DNA of 24,936 nucleotides from an uncultured Thermoleophilia bacterium (GCA_902806305.1 CADCWC010000218.1:1-24936), one strand, 5' to 3'. Positions 1 through 9,209 are shown, counted from the first letter of the stretch. The notes: generated from the letters alone by a model not told the origin. Program-made: numbers and translations.

Positions 1-1
1 T

Positions 2-448
2 CTCGGCGATCTGCGCCGCGCAGGCCGCCGCCGTGTCCGCCAGGGCGCCCGCCGTCTCGGCTTCGCCGGTCAGGCGCGGGTTGCAGCGCGCGGCGACCGC
101 GTCGGCCAGCGCGGCGAGCGCCAGGCCGCGCTCGGCGAGCGCGAGCGGGACGTGGGCCGCCGCGCGCCACGCCTCCGCCACGTCGCCGCCCGCCCGTCGC
201 GCCTCACCGACGGCCGCGAACGCGGTCTCGTCGGCGGCGATGAAGGCGAGGCTCTCCACGCGGTGCGTCGCCGCGGCCCTCGCCTCGGCGGCCAGCGATC
301 CGTCGTGCGTCAGCGCACAGGCCTTCTCGACCAGCGCCGCGGCCATCGCCGCGAGCACGCCGACGGCCGCGCCCGCCGCGTGGGACGGCTGCGGCGCGGC
401 CATGGCGTCCAGGAAGGCGCCGAGCGACTCGTCCGGATAGCCGCTCAG
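2..448 (-). CDS. Cyclodeaminase/cyclohydrolase family protein (FTCD C-terminal-like), 3' end runs off the window
   Basis: Not in the ORF track; translated by hand as (L)[45 protein letters not shown]...[10 protein letters not shown]...[16 protein letters not shown]. This matches the FTCD_C pattern (SL..FL..LA..P..G.A.A...AMAA.LV; VPL; N.....D/E...A..LA). The frame is open to the edge. The likely start is CTG at 448-446 overlapping the glgC TGA; the first ATG is at 403. Confidence 0.7.
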   Translation of the reverse strand, partial: MSGYPDESLGAFLDAMAAPQPSHAAGAAVGVLAAMAAALVEKACALTHDGSLAAEARAAATHRVESLAFIAADETAFAAVGEARRAGGDVAEAWRAAAHVPLALAERGLALAALADAVAARCNPRLTGEAETAGALADTAAACAAQIAE

Positions 449-1767
449 ACCGCCCGCACCCGCCGCTTGCGCGACGCCTGCGTGCGCACGCCGGCGTCCT
501 TCGAGCGACACACCGAGGAGCCGCTCTCGACGACCGGGGCGTCGAAGTTCGCCGTCGTGACGTTGCCCTCCACCCGGCAGTTGCGGCCGATGCTCGTGCC
601 CTCGGGGATCTCCGCGAACTCGCCCACGATGCTGATCCCCGTCATCAGGTTCCGCGGCTCCTCCCGGTTCGGCGGGGCACCCGCGACCTCGCCGACGCCG
701 ACCTGCGCCTCGGGGCCCACCTCGACGAACTTGTCGAGCACGCAGCGGTCGACCACGGCGCCCGACCGGATGACCGTGTCGTGCAGGATCACCGAGTCGC
801 GCACGATCGCGCCGCGCTCCACGCGCACGCCCGAGCCGAGCACGCTGTTCGAGACGGTCCCGTCGATGATGTTGCCCGCCGAGAACAGCGAGTTCCGGAC
901 GTCGCAGTGCGGGCCCATCTTGGCCGGCGGACGTTCCCGCGAGCGGGTGTGGATCACCCAGTCGCTGTCGTACAGGTCGAGGCTCGGGATCGTCCCCGCC
1001 AGGTCGAGGTTCGCCTCCCAGTAGGCGTGGATCGTGCCGACGTCGACCCAGTAGCCGTCGAAGGGGTAGGCGTAGACCCGGTCGTTGGCCACCATCTTCG
1101 GGATGATGTCCTTGCCGAAGTCGTGGTTCGAGGTCGGGTCCTGATCGTCCTCGATCAGCCGCTGCATGAGGAACTCGGTGTTGAAGACGTAGATCCCCAT
1201 CGAGGCCAGCGTGGAGACCGACTCCCGCGGCTTCTCCCGGAACTCGACGATCCGGTCGTCGGCGTCGACGGTCATGATCCCGAAGCGGTGGACCTCGTCG
1301 GCGGGCACGTGCATGACCGCCACGGTCAGGTCGGCGCCGTGCTCGCGGTGGAAGCGCAGCAGGTCGTTGTAGTTCTGCTTGTAGATGTGGTCGCCCGACA
1401 GGACGAGGGTCTCCTCGCTGCCGTCCTCGGCGATGAAGGCCATGTTCTGGAAGAGCGCGTCGGCGGTGCCGCGGTACCAGTCCTGGTCACGGCGGCCGCG
1501 GTAGGGCTGCCAGACCTGGATGCCGTTCGGGCTGCGCCGGTCGAGGTCCCACGGGTCGCCGATGCCGATGTGCTGCATCAGGGAGTGGGGCCGGTACTGG
1601 GTCAGCACGCGCACCCGGTAGAGCCCCGAGTTGACGGCGTTCGAGAGCGGGAAGTCGATGATCCGGAACTTGCCGCCGAACCACATCGCGGGCTTCGCGC
1701 GCTGCTCGCCGAGGATGCTCAGGCGGCTTCCCTCGCCACCGGCCAGGATCAGGGTCAGCACCGTCAT
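445..1767 (-). CDS. glgC: Glucose-1-phosphate adenylyltransferase (ADP-glucose pyrophosphorylase)
   Basis: [74 protein letters not shown]; C-terminal left-handed beta-helix repeats; GGAG RBS upstream; 440 aa; directly downstream of glgA. Confidence 0.97.
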   Translation of the reverse strand: MTVLTLILAGGEGSRLSILGEQRAKPAMWFGGKFRIIDFPLSNAVNSGLYRVRVLTQYRPHSLMQHIGIGDPWDLDRRSPNGIQVWQPYRGRRDQDWYRGTADALFQNMAFIAEDGSEETLVLSGDHIYKQNYNDLLRFHREHGADLTVAVMHVPADEVHRFGIMTVDADDRIVEFREKPRESVSTLASMGIYVFNTEFLMQRLIEDDQDPTSNHDFGKDIIPKMVANDRVYAYPFDGYWVDVGTIHAYWEANLDLAGTIPSLDLYDSDWVIHTRSRERPPAKMGPHCDVRNSLFSAGNIIDGTVSNSVLGSGVRVERGAIVRDSVILHDTVIRSGAVVDRCVLDKFVEVGPEAQVGVGEVAGAPPNREEPRNLMTGISIVGEFAEIPEGTSIGRNCRVEGNVTTANFDAPVVESGSSVCRSKDAGVRTQASRKRRVRAV

Positions 1768-1784
1768 GGCGTGGTCTCCCTCGG

Positions 1785-3230
1785 TCAGCCGACCGGCGCC
1801 AGGCGGCGTCGTTCGACCGTGTCGCGGTACAGATCGGCGTAGCGGGCCGCCGAGGCGGCCCAGGAGAGGTCTCGTCGCATGGCCCGACGCATCGCGGCCT
1901 CACGGCGTGGCACATCCTCCCACGCCGCCACGGCCCGCGCCAGCGCCTCGGCGGGCGCCCGGGCGGTGTACGGCTCGAAGCGCACGCCGACGCCGTCGGG
2001 GCCGTCGTCGAGGTCCGGGACCGTGTCGACGAGTCCGCCCGTGGCGCGGACCACGGGCAGCGTGCCGTAGCGCATGGCGATCATCTGCCCGAGCCCGCAC
2101 GGCTCGAACCGGGACGGCATCAGGAACAGGTCGGCGCCCGCGTAGAGCCGCTGCGCGAGCGCCGGGTCGAAGCGACGCCAGAGGCGGAACCCCTGCGGGA
2201 ACAGCTCCGCGAGCCCCTGCAGGCGCGTCTCGATGGCCGGGTCGCCGGTGCCGAGCACGACGACCTGGAGCGGCCGGCCGCCGAGCAGGGAGGGGAGCGC
2301 CTCGACGGTGATGTCCAGTCCCTTCTGCTCCACCAGTCGCGCGACGATGGCGACGACCGGCACGTCCGGAGCCACGGCGAGGCCCGCCTCGGCCTGCAGG
2401 GCCGCCTTGCAGCGGGCCTTGCCGGAGAGGTCGTCCGCGTCGTAGGGCGCCGCGATGTGCGGGTCGGTACGCGGGTCGAAGACGTCCGTGTCGAGGCCGT
2501 TCAGGATGCCGTGCACGTCGCTCGCACGACTGCGCAGGATCGGGTCGAGGCCGTGGCCGGGGCCGGGCGTGAGGATCTCCCGGGCGTACGTCGGGCTGAC
2601 GGTGGTGATCGCGTCGGCGGCGATGAGCCCCTCGGCCAGGAAGTTGACCAGGCCGTCGGGTGTCGACGGCAGCAGGCGGCCGCTGAAGCCGATGCTCCAC
2701 GCCGCGACGAGGCCCTGGTAGCCGAGGTTGTGGACCGTCATCACGGTCGGGAAGTCGAAGCCGGGGGCGCGCAGGGCCGCCAGCCAGCGCGGGAGCAGGC
2801 CGGTGTGCCAGTCGTGCACGTGCACGACGTCCGGCCGCCAGTCGAGGGCGTGCAGCGCGCCGAGCGTGAGCGCCTGGAAGACGACGAAGCGGTCGGCGTC
2901 GCCGACGAAGTCCGTGTAGACCGTGGGCCGCTCACCGAAGCTCGGGCCGTGCTCCGCGAACAGGATCGGCACGCCGTCGATCTCGCTCTCGAGCAGGCTG
3001 CCGAGCTGCGGCTCGCCGCCGAGCCCGACGGGGAACGGCCTGCCGAGCGGCCGCATGCGCCACGCCGCGCGGTCGAGGGCGCCGTAGGCCGGCAGGAGGA
3101 TCCGCACGTCGTGCCCGAGCGCGCGGAGCGCCTTCGGCAGGGCGCCGACGACGTCGGCGAGGCCCCCGACCTTGACGAGCGGCGTGGCCTCGGCGGCGAC
3201 GAACAGGATCTTCAGGGGCCGGTCGGGCAT
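1785..3230 (-). CDS. glgA: Glycogen synthase (ADP-glucose, GT5); start trimmed to MPDRPLKILFVAAE
   Basis: KILFVAAE.TPLVKVGGLADV, HVHDWHTG, TVHNLGYQG, TVSPTYA.EI, GILNGLD, RLVEQKG, PSRFEPCGLGQMIAMRYG, TGGLVDTV. ATG at 3230 gives 481 aa; the ORF-track 5' extension is not protein-like. Confidence 0.96.
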   Translation of the reverse strand: MPDRPLKILFVAAEATPLVKVGGLADVVGALPKALRALGHDVRILLPAYGALDRAAWRMRPLGRPFPVGLGGEPQLGSLLESEIDGVPILFAEHGPSFGERPTVYTDFVGDADRFVVFQALTLGALHALDWRPDVVHVHDWHTGLLPRWLAALRAPGFDFPTVMTVHNLGYQGLVAAWSIGFSGRLLPSTPDGLVNFLAEGLIAADAITTVSPTYAREILTPGPGHGLDPILRSRASDVHGILNGLDTDVFDPRTDPHIAAPYDADDLSGKARCKAALQAEAGLAVAPDVPVVAIVARLVEQKGLDITVEALPSLLGGRPLQVVVLGTGDPAIETRLQGLAELFPQGFRLWRRFDPALAQRLYAGADLFLMPSRFEPCGLGQMIAMRYGTLPVVRATGGLVDTVPDLDDGPDGVGVRFEPYTARAPAEALARAVAAWEDVPRREAAMRRAMRRDLSWAASAARYADLYRDTVERRRLAPVG

Positions 3231-3430
3231 GCGGCGGGCCTCGGCGGACGGGTCGGCACGGACGGGGCGCCAAGCGTAGTCGGGGGCGTCCCTCGGCGGA
3301 CGGGTCTCCGAGCGTTCCCGGTCGGCCGGCGCACGCGGTGGCGCCGAAGGGCACCCTGTCGGTGCTCGAGGGGCCGGAACGCGGCGACCTCGGTCCGCAG
3401 CGACGTCCGACGACGGAAGGACCAACGCGA

Positions 3431-4282
3431 ATGACGAGGATCGTCGTGACCGGCGGCAGCGGCCGGGCCGGGCGGCCTGTGATCCGGGAGCTCCTCGAGC
3501 ACGGCCACGAGGTCCTGAACGTCGACCTCGTGCCGTCGATCGACCCGGTCGCGCCGTACCTGCCCGCCGACCTGACCGACCTCGGGCAGACGATCGAGGC
3601 GCTGTCCGGCGCCGAGGCGCTCCCCGGCATCGAGGCCGTCGTCCACCTGGCCGCGCTGCCCGCGCCCGAGGTGGCGACGCCCGACGTCGTCTTCCGGACC
3701 AACATCACGAGCACGCACACCGTGTTCGCGGCCGCCGCGCGGCTCGGCCTGCGACGGGTGGTGTGGGCGTCGAGCGAGACGACCCTGGGGTTGCCGTTCG
3801 ACCAGCCGCCGGACTACGCGCCGGTCGACGAGGACCATCCGCTGCGGCCGGAGTCGAGCTACGCGCTCTCGAAGGTCCTCGGCGAGGAGACCGCGCGGCA
3901 GTTCAGCCGGTGGAGCGGCATCCCGATCGTCGGCCTGCGGTTCTCGAACATCATGCACCGCGTCGACTACGCGGAGTTCCCGTCGTACTGGGACGACCCG
4001 CAGCTGCGCCGGTGGAACCTCTGGGGGTACGTCGACGAGAGCCACGTGGCCGAGAGCTGCCGGCTCGGCCTCGAGGCCGACATCCGCGGCGCGGAGGCCT
4101 TCGTCATCGCCGCCGCCGACACGGTCATGCGGCGTCCGAGCCGGGAGCTGATGGCCGAGGTCTTCCCCGGCGTGCCGGTGCGGGACTCGGTCGCGGAGCA
4201 CGGCACGCTGCTCGCGATCGACAAGGCCCGGCGCCTGCTCGGCTACGACCCCCGGTTCTCCTGGCGGGAGCTCTACGACTAG
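3431..4282 (+). CDS. NAD-dependent epimerase/dehydratase (extended SDR)
   Basis: MTRIVVTGGSGRAG Rossmann motif, VVHLAA, WASSETT, YALSK (YxxxK); GGAAGG RBS upstream of ATG 3431; 283 aa. Confidence 0.9.
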   Translation: MTRIVVTGGSGRAGRPVIRELLEHGHEVLNVDLVPSIDPVAPYLPADLTDLGQTIEALSGAEALPGIEAVVHLAALPAPEVATPDVVFRTNITSTHTVFAAAARLGLRRVVWASSETTLGLPFDQPPDYAPVDEDHPLRPESSYALSKVLGEETARQFSRWSGIPIVGLRFSNIMHRVDYAEFPSYWDDPQLRRWNLWGYVDESHVAESCRLGLEADIRGAEAFVIAAADTVMRRPSRELMAEVFPGVPVRDSVAEHGTLLAIDKARRLLGYDPRFSWRELYD

Positions 4283-4302
4283 GGCCGACCGGCGGTCCAG
4301 CG

Positions 4303-5058
4303 CTACGCGAGCCGCCGGCGGATGTCCTCGGCGGCGCGCCCGAGGCGGTCGCCGAGCTCTCCGAAGCGCGTCGGCGGCAGCCGTCGGGCGGTGCCCCAGA
4401 GCGTGAGGTAGGCGATCGGTCGGTCGGCGCGGCCACGCACCGCGACCGCGATGCCGTTCAGGTCGTCCTCGAACTCGTCGACGATCGTGGCGAAGCCCCG
4501 CTCCTCGACGACGGCGATCTCGGCCTCGAGCACGGCGCGGTCGGTGATGGTCGACGTGGCGAGTCGCGGCAGCGTCTCCGGCAGCCGGTGCGCGCGCTCC
4601 TCGGCCGTCATGCCGGCCAGCGCGGCCTTGCCGCTCGGCGTGGCGTGGAGCGGCGCCACGATGCCGATCCAGTCCACGGCGAGCACCGTCGACGGGCTGA
4701 CCTGGTCGATCGAGACCACACCGCCCGCCCGCAGGACGTTCAGGTTGGCGGTGGTCCCGGTCGCGAGCACGAGCGCCTCGAGCGTCGGACGCGCGGCCCG
4801 GGCCAGCAGCGCGTCCGGGTCCGCCGCGGAGGCGAGCCGGACAACCTCGTGGCCGACGACGTAGCGCCGGGCCGCGTCGCGCTCCACGAGCCCGTGCCGC
4901 TCGAGCGCCTGGAGCAGGCGCCAGGCGGTGCTGCGCGTGAGGGAGCAGCGGTCGGCCAGCTCGAGGGCCGTGAGCGGCTCGGGCGCCTCGGCGGTGGCGC
5001 GGAGCAGCGCGACGGCGCGGTCCACGCTCTGCGTGGCGGCTGCAGCCGGTTGCACCAT
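4303..5058 (-). CDS. IclR-family transcriptional regulator
   Basis: QSVDRAVALL...LELADRCSLTRSTAWRLLQALERHGLV (HTH), PLHATPSGKA, IAVAV; 251 aa; divergent from the amidohydrolase-fold/Rieske genes. Confidence 0.93.
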   Translation of the reverse strand: MVQPAAAATQSVDRAVALLRATAEAPEPLTALELADRCSLTRSTAWRLLQALERHGLVERDAARRYVVGHEVVRLASAADPDALLARAARPTLEALVLATGTTANLNVLRAGGVVSIDQVSPSTVLAVDWIGIVAPLHATPSGKAALAGMTAEERAHRLPETLPRLATSTITDRAVLEAEIAVVEERGFATIVDEFEDDLNGIAVAVRGRADRPIAYLTLWGTARRLPPTRFGELGDRLGRAAEDIRRRLA

Positions 5059-5059
5059 A

Positions 5060-5078
5060 TGGGATTCGATCCTACATT
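5060..5078. promoter_or_regulatory. AT-enriched divergent promoter region with near-palindrome TGGGAT-TCG-ATCCTA (candidate IclR operator) and TANNNT -10 candidates on both strands
   Basis: Only 48 bp lie between the two start codons; GGAT-N3-ATCC at 5062-5072; TACATT (+, 5073-5078) and TAGGAT (-, 5074-5069). Confidence 0.4.
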
Positions 5079-5106
5079 ACGGGCGCCGACCACGAAGGAG
5101 CGCGCC

Positions 5107-6195
5107 GTGCTGATCGACTGCGACATCCACGTCGGGTACGAGAGCCTGCTGGACCTGGTCCCGTACCTCGACGGACCCACGCGGGAGCATGTGCTGCACG
5201 CCGGCTCGAACGGGCTCGCGATGCCGAGCTACCCGTGGTACCACCCGACGGGCTGGATCCGGAAGGACGCCTATGACGCCGCCGCGACCGCCTCCGGCCG
5301 GCAGATCCCGGGCCAGACCCTGCCGACCCTGCAGCGGCTTCTGCTCGACCCCTTCGATGTCACGTACGGGATCCTGACGCCCGACGAGGCCGCCGCCTTC
5401 TCGATCTACCCGAACGCCCAGCTGGCCGCGCGGCTCGCGACGGCCTACAACGACTGGCTCGCCGAGCGGTGGCTGCAGGAGGACGCCCGACTTCGGGGCC
5501 TCGTGGTCGTGGCGGCCCAGCATCCCGAGGCCGCAGCCGACGAGATCCGGCGGCGCGCGTCGGACGACCGCTTCGTGGGCGTGTTCCTGCCCGGCGGCGC
5601 CCGCGCGCCCTACGGCAACGTCATCTACGACCCGATCTGGCGCGCCGCGGCCGAGCACGGCCTGCCGGTGGTCGTGCACACGCACTTCGACGGCGTCGGG
5701 CTGAGCTCCCCCGTGACGGCCGCGGGGCATCCCGACACGTACGCCGAGTACCACGTGCTCTGCGGTTCGGGCATGTACGGCCACTTCGTGTCGACGGTCT
5801 ACTCCGGCGTGTTCGAGCGCTACCCCGACGCCCGCATGGTGATGAGCGAGGGCGGGGTGGTGCCGTTCCTCGGCTACCTGTGGCGGCTCGACACCGACTG
5901 GAAGGCCTGCCGGAGCGAGATCCCGCACTGCCGCCGCCTGCCGTCGGAGTACGTCTGGGATCACGTCCGCTTCACGACCCAGCCGCTCGAGACGCCCGAG
6001 GACCCGTCCGACCTGTGGCCGATCATCCGGCACCTGCGGCCGGAGCGGACGCTGCTCTTCGCGAGCGACTACCCGCACTGGGACTTCGACGAGCCGACGC
6101 ACACGCTGCGGCTCCTGCCGGCGGAGATCCGCGACGCCGTCGCCTACCGCAACGCGGGCGAGCTGTTCCGTCTCGGCGCGCCCGTGCCGCTGTGA
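5107..6195 (+). CDS. Amidohydrolase_2-fold protein, probable dinuclear (Fe/Mn) oxygenase of the AibH/PtmU3 type
   Basis: GTG start after GAAGGAG RBS; DCDIH, AYNDWL..W, VHTH, SEGG, FTTQPLE, FASDYPHWD motifs; 362 aa; GTGA overlap with a Rieske protein. Confidence 0.85.
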   Translation: MLIDCDIHVGYESLLDLVPYLDGPTREHVLHAGSNGLAMPSYPWYHPTGWIRKDAYDAAATASGRQIPGQTLPTLQRLLLDPFDVTYGILTPDEAAAFSIYPNAQLAARLATAYNDWLAERWLQEDARLRGLVVVAAQHPEAAADEIRRRASDDRFVGVFLPGGARAPYGNVIYDPIWRAAAEHGLPVVVHTHFDGVGLSSPVTAAGHPDTYAEYHVLCGSGMYGHFVSTVYSGVFERYPDARMVMSEGGVVPFLGYLWRLDTDWKACRSEIPHCRRLPSEYVWDHVRFTTQPLETPEDPSDLWPIIRHLRPERTLLFASDYPHWDFDEPTHTLRLLPAEIRDAVAYRNAGELFRLGAPVPL

Positions 6196-6584
6196 GCACG
6201 ATCGGCTCCGATCGCGAGCTGCGCCTCGCGGCCTCGGCGCTGCCCCCTGCGGGCGAGATCCGGATGGTCGAGCTCGGCCGGCACCGCATCGGGCTCTTCC
6301 GGGTGGGCGACGAGGTGCACGCGCTCGCCGACCGCTGCCCGCATCGCGGCGCGCCGCTCTGCTCGGCGGGCGACGTCGTGACCGGCATCGAGCGACGGCC
6401 CGACGGCCGCCTCGAGCTCGGCCCGGCGGGCGCGCTCGTGCGCTGCCCGTGGCACAAGTGGGACTTCGACATCGCGAGCGGCGAGTGCGTCGTCGAGCCG
6501 CGCCTGCGTGTCCGCCGCTACCCCGTGCGCCACGACGGCGACGACGTGGTCGTGAGCCTCGACGGCGGGCTCGACCGGCCGTAG
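6192..6584 (+). CDS. Rieske [2Fe-2S] ferredoxin
   Basis: CPHRGAPL ... RCPWHKWDFD (CxH...CxxH); GTG start overlaps the upstream TGA (GTGA); 130 aa. Confidence 0.93.
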   Translation: MSTIGSDRELRLAASALPPAGEIRMVELGRHRIGLFRVGDEVHALADRCPHRGAPLCSAGDVVTGIERRPDGRLELGPAGALVRCPWHKWDFDIASGECVVEPRLRVRRYPVRHDGDDVVVSLDGGLDRP

Positions 6585-6596
6585 CGAGGGCCACGG

Positions 6597-7019
6597 GTGC
6601 TCGTCGGGGAACGGGCCGAGGAGGTCCGGGTGCTCCTGGAGCGCCTGGCGGCGTGGGCCGGCCGGCGTCCGGACGTCTGCGCGTTGGCGCTCGTCGGGTC
6701 GTGGGCGCGCGGCGCGGCGGGACCGACGTCCGACGTGGACGTCGTGCTGCTGACGACCGAGCCGTGGCGGTACGTCGACCACGTCGACTGGCTCGACGAC
6801 GTCGGCGCCGTCCACCTCCTGCAGACGCGGTCGTGGGGCGCCGTCACGGAGCGCCGCGTCGCCCTCCCGAGCGGCCTCGAGGTCGAGTTCGGGATCGGCT
6901 CGCCCTCGTGGGCCTCGACCGACCCGGTCGACCCCGGCACCCGCCGGGTCGTGACGGACGGCCTGGGCGTGCTTCACGACCCCGACGGGGCGCTCGCCCG
7001 GCTCGTCGCAGCGTGCTGA
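6597..7019 (+). CDS. Minimal nucleotidyltransferase-domain protein (pol-beta superfamily)
   Basis: LVGSWARG....SDVDVVLL (GS-DxD motif) plus a third acidic residue in LEVEFG; 140 aa. Confidence 0.8.
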   Translation: MLVGERAEEVRVLLERLAAWAGRRPDVCALALVGSWARGAAGPTSDVDVVLLTTEPWRYVDHVDWLDDVGAVHLLQTRSWGAVTERRVALPSGLEVEFGIGSPSWASTDPVDPGTRRVVTDGLGVLHDPDGALARLVAAC

Positions 7020-7068
7020 GACGGGGTCGGGTCCGCCGGGTCGTCCGCCGTCCGACGGCGTCTCGGTG

Positions 7069-7098
7069 TTGACGCCGCGACGTCGCGAGGCGTAGGGT
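7069..7098 (+). promoter_or_regulatory. Putative housekeeping sigma70 promoter of the heme peroxidase gene
   Basis: TTGACG (7069-7074), 18-nt spacer, TAGGGT (7093-7098); the spacer contains the 12-bp palindrome CGCGACGTCGCG (7076-7087); GGAGG RBS at 7138-7142. Confidence 0.55.
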
Positions 7099-7148
7099 CG
7101 GCGCGCGGACCGCCACACGCGTCAGCGCAGGAGAGGGGGAGGTGGGCG

Positions 7149-8717
7149 ATGCCGGCGAGGAGTACGGTGCGGGACGGCGCCGCGAACCGGGTGGAGACGT
7201 ACGTGACGACGCACTTCGAGCCCGTCTGGAACGCCGTCCAGCGGGTCGAGCCAGTGCGGCGTCGGGTCAACCGCGTCCTGGTCAACCGAGCCATCGCGAA
7301 GCTCCCGACCCGCCCGAACCCGCTGTCGACGAAGGCCGACTACACGTCGTGGGACTCGCTCACGGATCGTCGGTTCGACAGTCGGCACCTGCCGCCCGCG
7401 CCGGCGCGGAACGGCGGCGGGCCGAGCGTCGAGCAGGCCGCGGACCTCTTCCGGCGCGATGGCGAGATGGTGCCGTGCGAGAAGTCGACGGTGCTGTTCT
7501 CGTACTTCGCGGCGTGGTTCACCGACGGGTTCCTGCGCAGTGACCGCTCGGAGCCGCGGGACATGCGCCGGAACGACTCGAACCACGAGATCGACCTGAC
7601 CCAGCTCTACGGCGTGCGCACCGCGGAGACCGACCTCCTGCGTACGTTCGAGGGTGGCCGCCTGAAGAGCCAGATCCTGGAGGGGGAGGAGTACCCGCTC
7701 TTCCTCTGCGAGGGCGGCGAGGTCAAGCCCGAGTTCCGTGGCCTGACGGTCGTGCGCTGGGAGCAGCTCTCCCGCGAGCAGCGGGACGGGCTGTTCGCCA
7801 TGGGCAGCGACACCTCGAACCTCCACCTCGGCTTCCTGATGCTCGGCGTGCTGTTCCTGCGCGAGCACAACCGCCTCGCCGACGCGCTCCGCCGCGAGTA
7901 CCCCGGCTGGGACGACGAGCGGCTGTTCGGGACGGCCCGCAACATCCTCACGGTCGTGCTCATCAAGCTCGTGGTCGACGAGTACATCAACCACATCACG
8001 CCGTACCACTTCCGGTTCACCACCGACCCGACGTCGCTCGGCAACGCACCGTGGATGCGGCCGAACTGGATGGCCGTCGAGTTCAACCTGCTCTACCGGT
8101 GGCACAGCATGGTCCCGTCGACGTTCCGGATCGGCGGCCGCGACGTCGCCATCGACGACACGCTCTTCAACACCCGGCTGCTGGTCGAGCGCGGCCTGGG
8201 CGGGCACTTCGAGGACGCGACCGACCAGCCCGCGGGCCGGGTGGGCCTGTTCAACACCGAGGCCTACCTGCGTGACGCCGAGGTGGCGAGCATCCGACAG
8301 GGTCGGGAGGTCCGGCTCGCGTCCTACAACGACTAACGCGAGGCCTGCCGATTCCCGCGCGTGACGGCGTTCGAGCAGATCTCGTCCGACGAGCGCGTCC
8401 GCCGCGGCCTGCGGGACGTCTACGGCCACGTCGACGAGATCGAGTTCTACGTGGGGCTGTTCGCGGAGGACCGGCGCCCGAACTCGGTGCTGCCGTCGCT
8501 CATCGGACGGATGGTCGGGATCGACGCCTTCTCCCAGGCCTTCACGAACCCACTGCTCGCGCCGCGGATCTACACGGCGGCCACGTTCTCGCCGCTCGGG
8601 ATGGAGGTCATCCGCACGACGCGGACGCTCTCGGACGTGGTGCACCGCAACCTGCCGCCCGGTTCGCCGCGCCACCGCGTCGGCATGACGCGAAGCGACT
8701 GGCGGCGCGTCTCCTAG
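7149..8717 (+). pseudogene. Cyclooxygenase-like animal-type heme peroxidase/fatty-acid dioxygenase interrupted by an in-frame TAA at 8334-8336
   Basis: ORFs 7149-8336 and 8361-8717 share a frame. Read-through gives ...SYND*REACRFPRVTAFEQIS..., matching the COX N(E/D)YR...F.(S)F..(L/I) motif. Also IDLTQLYG, LFLREHNRL, WDDERLF.TAR.I, EFNLLYRWH, YG.VD.IEFYVGLFAE. The full product would be 522 aa. Confidence 0.85.
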
Positions 8718-8837
8718 CGGGTCGGACGAGCGTCAGCGAGGCGACCGGCCGGCGCCACCGATGAGTTCGCCGCCGCCGCGGCGTCCTTTCCAGCGACGGG
8801 CCGGCAGGGCCGGCGTTCCGACGGAGGAGGGTCCCCC

Positions 8838-9209
8838 ATGGGTACGGACGAGACGGCACGGAGCTCGGAGGCGGTCGAGGGCTACATCGACCTCTACCTG
8901 CTGCCGGTGCCCGAGGAGAACCTCGACGCCTACCGCCGCCAGGCGACGATCTTCGGCACGGTGGTCAAGGAGCACGGCGGGCTCGGCTACCGCGAGTTCC
9001 GCGGTGACGACCTGAGGGAGGGCTTCAGCGCGGAACCCGGTGTGATGCTGACGACGGCCGTGGCGGAGTTCCGGTCACGGGCCCACCGCGACGAGGTGAT
9101 GGCCAAGGTGCTCGAGGACCCGCGCATCAAGGGGTCCATGGACGGCGACCAGCTCGCCGACATGGGGCAGATGCAGTACGGCGGATTCCGGACCTTCGTC
9201 GCGCCGTAG
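8838..9209 (+). CDS. DUF1428 family protein (dimeric alpha-beta barrel)
   Basis: YIDLYLLPVP..NLDAYR..A.....V..EHG.L.YRE...DD; FRSRAHRDEV.AKV..DPR; YGGF; strong GGAGGAGG RBS; 123 aa. Confidence 0.82.
   Translation: MGTDETARSSEAVEGYIDLYLLPVPEENLDAYRRQATIFGTVVKEHGGLGYREFRGDDLREGFSAEPGVMLTTAVAEFRSRAHRDEVMAKVLEDPRIKGSMDGDQLADMGQMQYGGFRTFVAP

Noticed and set aside
2-448. Cyclodeaminase-like gene as the C1/THF branch of the methylamine island
   Set aside because: About 14 kb from gmaS and coupled to glgC; no evidence of shared regulation.
3763-5106. Apparent 810-aa fusion ahead of the amidohydrolase-fold gene
   Set aside because: The extension overlaps the epimerase and IclR genes; the real start is GTG 5107 behind a strong RBS.
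6597-7019. Nucleotidyltransferase as an aminoglycoside resistance gene or MNT antitoxin
   Set aside because: Only 140 aa, lacks the helical substrate domain of ANT enzymes, and there is no adjacent HEPN gene.
7076-7087. Palindrome in the peroxidase promoter spacer as a MerR-type operator
   Set aside because: GC-rich 12-mer likely by chance, 18-nt rather than 19-nt spacer, and no MerR gene nearby.
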